Shown here one piece after another: positions 60,855 to 64,000 of a stretch of 64,000 nt of DNA. Each line of letters begins with the position of its first letter. The stretch's first letter is position 1. Source of the DNA: an uncultured Gemmatimonadales bacterium. GTDB lineage: Bacteria; Gemmatimonadota; Gemmatimonadetes; Gemmatimonadales; GWC2-71-9. The notes under the pieces were generated by a model. It was given only the letters and a program-made list of their open reading frames with translations, ran no database searches and had not been told where the DNA came from. The position numbers and the translations under genes were made by a program. The DNA lies in contig CAVZZO010000001.1 of NCBI GenBank assembly GCA_963779755.1, positions 288,001-352,000 on the forward strand, read 5' to 3'.

Positions 60855-62027
60855 TCAGCGGATGAGCCGGGGAACCTTGGCGAGGGTCGCGCTGGTGCTG
60901 CCGGAGCTCCCCGGCAGGCCAGTGGCGAAGTACATGAACCGCCCCACTACAGGCGATCCCTGCCCGGGCTGAACCCCCTCGAGAAAGAAGAGGGCAAAAT
61001 TGTTGAAGCGTATCTGCAGGTTGCCGCCGCCCTGAATGCCGGCGATCTGGCTCGGATCGAAGAGCCCGATGGTGAGCACCCGGGGGCTGTTGGCCCCTGA
61101 GCCATAGGCCGAGTTGATCACCTGGCTGGTGCTGGCGTCCCAGGTGGCCCCGGGGTCCAGCGCGATCAGATCTCTGACCGCCTGCTGCGTGGGGCCCACC
61201 ATGTTGCCGTTCTCGATGTCGTAGGGGACGTTCAGCTGGATCTGGGCCGGATTGCAGGTACCGAAATTGTTCCTGTAGTCCGCGGCGCCGTTACTGGTGC
61301 CGATGCGCCAGGGGTAGAAGAATCCGCTGGTCAGCGACTGGCTCGGATCCTGAGCCTTCATGATGATCGGGCGTCCCACGTCATCGCTGTACCCGGTCCC
61401 GTTGCGGAACGAGCTGCCGTATCCGGTGGCTGTGGTGCTTCCCGGAGCATAGCGGGCGTAGACATCTCCCTGGCCGGGTTCGTAGGCCCATCCCTCGGTC
61501 GCATCCCAGACCCGGTCGGAATTCGCGTCCTGCCCCCCGGGGCCGGTGCTCGATTCGTACCAGATATCGGGCACCGCCAGCGGCGCCAGGCAGGTTCCGA
61601 TGCCCGCCGGCCCGGCCTCGGCTGTGGCGCTGGCCCCGATGGCCACCGACCGGATGCCGAAGATGCGGGCGAACCAGGTGGCCACGGAGGCGCGGTTGAC
61701 GACGACCTGCACGGTGTCCTGCCAGACCGTCACCGTTACCTCGGTACTCGAGTCGATTGCGGTGCCCCGCATGGTGTTGCGGGCGGCGTACTCCATGGCG
61801 CGGTCGTGGGCGGCGACGAACGGGTTGGAGGGAGGAAGCACGTTGATGAACGCGGAAACGCCCGCCAGGGCCGCCGCATCGGCCGCGCGCTGGGCCTCTC
61901 CGCGCGTGTCGTACAGCATGCCCAGATCGATGGCCAGGGCAAGCATGGCAATCAGCATGGCGGAGAGAACGGCCATGAGCACCATGGTCGCACCGCGCTC
62001 ATTCCTCCAGGCTGCAGGATCAGTCAT
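60855..62027 (-). CDS. TadG-like pilus assembly protein
   Basis: ERGATMVL..LAIDLG, AQRAADAAALAG; GGAGG RBS. Confidence 0.8.
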   Translation of the reverse strand: MTDPAAWRNERGATMVLMAVLSAMLIAMLALAIDLGMLYDTRGEAQRAADAAALAGVSAFINVLPPSNPFVAAHDRAMEYAARNTMRGTAIDSSTEVTVTVWQDTVQVVVNRASVATWFARIFGIRSVAIGASATAEAGPAGIGTCLAPLAVPDIWYESSTGPGGQDANSDRVWDATEGWAYEPGQGDVYARYAPGSTTATGYGSSFRNGTGYSDDVGRPIIMKAQDPSQSLTSGFFYPWRIGTSNGAADYRNNFGTCNPAQIQLNVPYDIENGNMVGPTQQAVRDLIALDPGATWDASTSQVINSAYGSGANSPRVLTIGLFDPSQIAGIQGGGNLQIRFNNFALFFLEGVQPGQGSPVVGRFMYFATGLPGSSGSTSATLAKVPRLIR

Positions 62028-62055
62028 TCGTCCTCCATGCCCCGGTCGCGGCCGG

Positions 62056-63372
62056 TCAGGGCTTGCCGCCCGGCGTTCCTTCCGCCGGCTGCTTGAGTGA
62101 TCCAACCCATTTCCAGTGGTCCGTCTCGCCCGTGGGGAGCGCGGGCATCGCATCCATGGGCTGTACCAGCCGCGGAGTGACAATGACCACGAGCTCGGAG
62201 CGGTTCTGGCGGATATCGCGAGACTTGAAGAGCTCTCCCAGAATCGGGAGATCGCCCAGGATGGGAATCTTGGTGACGTTCTTCAAAGTCGAATTGTCCA
62301 GCAGACCCGCGATCGCCAGATGCTGGCCGGGCATGAGCTCGATATCGGTCTCTGCACGCCGCGTGAGCAGGCTGGGGATGGTAAAGCCGCTGATCACCAG
62401 CGCGTTCGCGAAATCGAGCGAGGACACTTCGGGCGCCAGGTGCAGCCGGATCGCTCCGCCGCGGACCAGGTTGGGCGTGAAGCGGAGCCGGACCCCGAAC
62501 TCCTTGAAGACAATGATGACGGCATTGTTGTTGGTGCCGCCCTGGACACTGGGATAGGGAAACTCACCGCCGGCCAGGAAGTACGCCTCTTTGCCGGGGA
62601 GCGTGAGCAGGTTCGGCTCGGCCAGGGTGCGCAGCTCTCCCTTGCTGGAGAGGGCCCGGAACAGAGCGTGGAGCGAATCGCCGCCGCTCAGGAGCGACAG
62701 CGTGAGCTGCCCGTCGGAGAGGCTCTCGCCGAACCAGTCGCCTTTATCGTTGAGGAGATGCGGGTTCAGCGTGGCAATCTGGGTGGACAACCGGCGCATG
62801 GCGGAACGGTTGATCTCCGCGATCCGGACCTCGAGCAGGATCTGGACCGACGGCGGGGCGCTCAGGTTGTCGACGATGGTTGCGCCCGTTGCCTTGGCAA
62901 TGTCGACCGCCTGAGCGGCGGCTTCGGCATTGGTGAGGCGGCCGCTCAGCGTCACGGAGTTGCCGCTCGCGCTGACGGAGATGCTTTCGCCCGGCATCTG
63001 GGTCCGGAGCGTTCGCTCGAGCGCCGCGGCGTCGGGCGTGACCTCGACGGCGTAGAGCCGGGGGTTTCCCGCCTGGTCCCAGAGGAGCAGGCTGGTGGAG
63101 CCCAGGGTCTTCCCGTTCACCACCAGCTCGGTGGGTGATACGATGACCGCTTCGGCCACGTTTGGATTGCCCACCGAAAAGCGCTGCAGCGGCGAGCCGT
63201 TAACCAGCAGCAGCGACCCGCCGGCCGAGACGGAGAGCGTGCGCTGCGGCTGGTCGATCACCTGCTGCGCACCGAGCGGCAACGGGCGCCATCCGGCCAG
63301 CAACAGGAGCGCACATGGGACGGCGAATATCCAGTTCTTCCGGCGTCGGTGTCGCTCTGGAGAGAAGATCAT
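62056..63372 (-). CDS. cpaC: Tad pilus secretin CpaC/RcpA
   Basis: LAEPNL, FLAGGEFP, FKEFGVRL, APEVSSLD, KIPILGDLPILGELF, ELVVIVTP. Confidence 0.93.
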   Translation of the reverse strand: MIFSPERHRRRKNWIFAVPCALLLLAGWRPLPLGAQQVIDQPQRTLSVSAGGSLLLVNGSPLQRFSVGNPNVAEAVIVSPTELVVNGKTLGSTSLLLWDQAGNPRLYAVEVTPDAAALERTLRTQMPGESISVSASGNSVTLSGRLTNAEAAAQAVDIAKATGATIVDNLSAPPSVQILLEVRIAEINRSAMRRLSTQIATLNPHLLNDKGDWFGESLSDGQLTLSLLSGGDSLHALFRALSSKGELRTLAEPNLLTLPGKEAYFLAGGEFPYPSVQGGTNNNAVIIVFKEFGVRLRFTPNLVRGGAIRLHLAPEVSSLDFANALVISGFTIPSLLTRRAETDIELMPGQHLAIAGLLDNSTLKNVTKIPILGDLPILGELFKSRDIRQNRSELVVIVTPRLVQPMDAMPALPTGETDHWKWVGSLKQPAEGTPGGKP

Positions 63373-63388
63373 GAGATGGACCGGCTCC

Positions 63389-64000
63389 TTATTCCGGTGT
63401 CGGCCGGCCCGCGCCGAATCGTGTGATGGTACGCTGGCCTCCCATGAAGCCTTCGACCACGGTCGCCCGGGCTTCGGGCGTCGGTGTCGGGACCATCCGG
63501 ACGCGTCGCGGCCCACTGGGCCGGGGTGTCGGCCGGGCGCCCAGGAGCGCCGCGAGGGTTGCGCCGGACGTCGCGACCTGGACGGTGTCGAGGGCAGGGC
63601 GCAGAGCCATCTGAATCCGGCCTTCATTGGATGCGAGGGCGAGCATCTCCGCATCGGCCGGCGTGGCGAGCAAGGTGATGACGGTGACGGTCTTGGGCTT
63701 CTCGTCCGTGCCCCGCTCGACCGACTGGCCGGCGGCCAGGACCACCATGTTCTGCAGAATGACCCGGGTGGAGACGTTCCGTTCGCCACCGCCGCCGGAC
63801 AGGGTCACCATGACATCGACCCGGGTGCCGGGCAGGACGAACCCCGCGACCCCGACGATTTCATCGACCCGGACGCTCACCGCGCGCATGCCTACGGGTA
63901 TGGCCACCGGCAGTCCGCCCCCGGCTCCCTGCCCCGCCAGCTTGGACGCCAGCAGCGGCTCATTGGTCTGCACCGGGGCGATGACCCCATGGCCGACCGC
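63389..64000 (-). CDS. cpaB: Flp pilus assembly protein CpaB (5' truncated by window)
   Basis: GMRAVSVRV, GVAGFVLPG.RVDV, ILQN. Confidence 0.92.
   Translation of the reverse strand, partial: AVGHGVIAPVQTNEPLLASKLAGQGAGGGLPVAIPVGMRAVSVRVDEIVGVAGFVLPGTRVDVMVTLSGGGGERNVSTRVILQNMVVLAAGQSVERGTDEKPKTVTVITLLATPADAEMLALASNEGRIQMALRPALDTVQVATSGATLAALLGARPTPRPSGPRRVRMVPTPTPEARATVVEGFMGGQRTITRFGAGRPTPE

Overview
High-GC bacterial chromosomal window, probably Gemmatimonadota (inferred from gene content: GWxTD lipoprotein, kinase-TM-TPR protein, DnaA/L34 style), that spans the replication origin. It holds a holA-SPOR-mutS-tonB-cbs-ddl-rhomboid operon, the mnmE-yidC-yidD-rnpA-rpmH / dnaA-oriC-dnaN block, RNase P RNA, two Ser/Thr kinases, polA, an MMPL transporter, a full sufR-sufBCDSU operon extended by a bacilliredoxin and a small Sm-like protein, an ABC exporter and the 3' part of a Tad/Cpa pilus operon. 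No rRNA, tRNA, CRISPR or transposase was recognised. Most notable: (1) an unannotated thioredoxin-fold/TPR candidate selenoprotein (in-frame UGA giving UxxC, followed by a SECIS-like hairpin) directly behind mnmE; (2) a beta-clamp-binding-like motif (QMDFF) in the DnaA linker; (3) an oriC with DnaA-trios but strongly degenerate DnaA boxes; (4) a SUF-bacilliredoxin-Sm-like gene module; (5) inverted heptamer repeat arrays at gene junctions. dnaA and a patatin gene are frameshifted at homopolymer runs, most likely sequencing errors. All calls come from reading the sequence; no searches were run.
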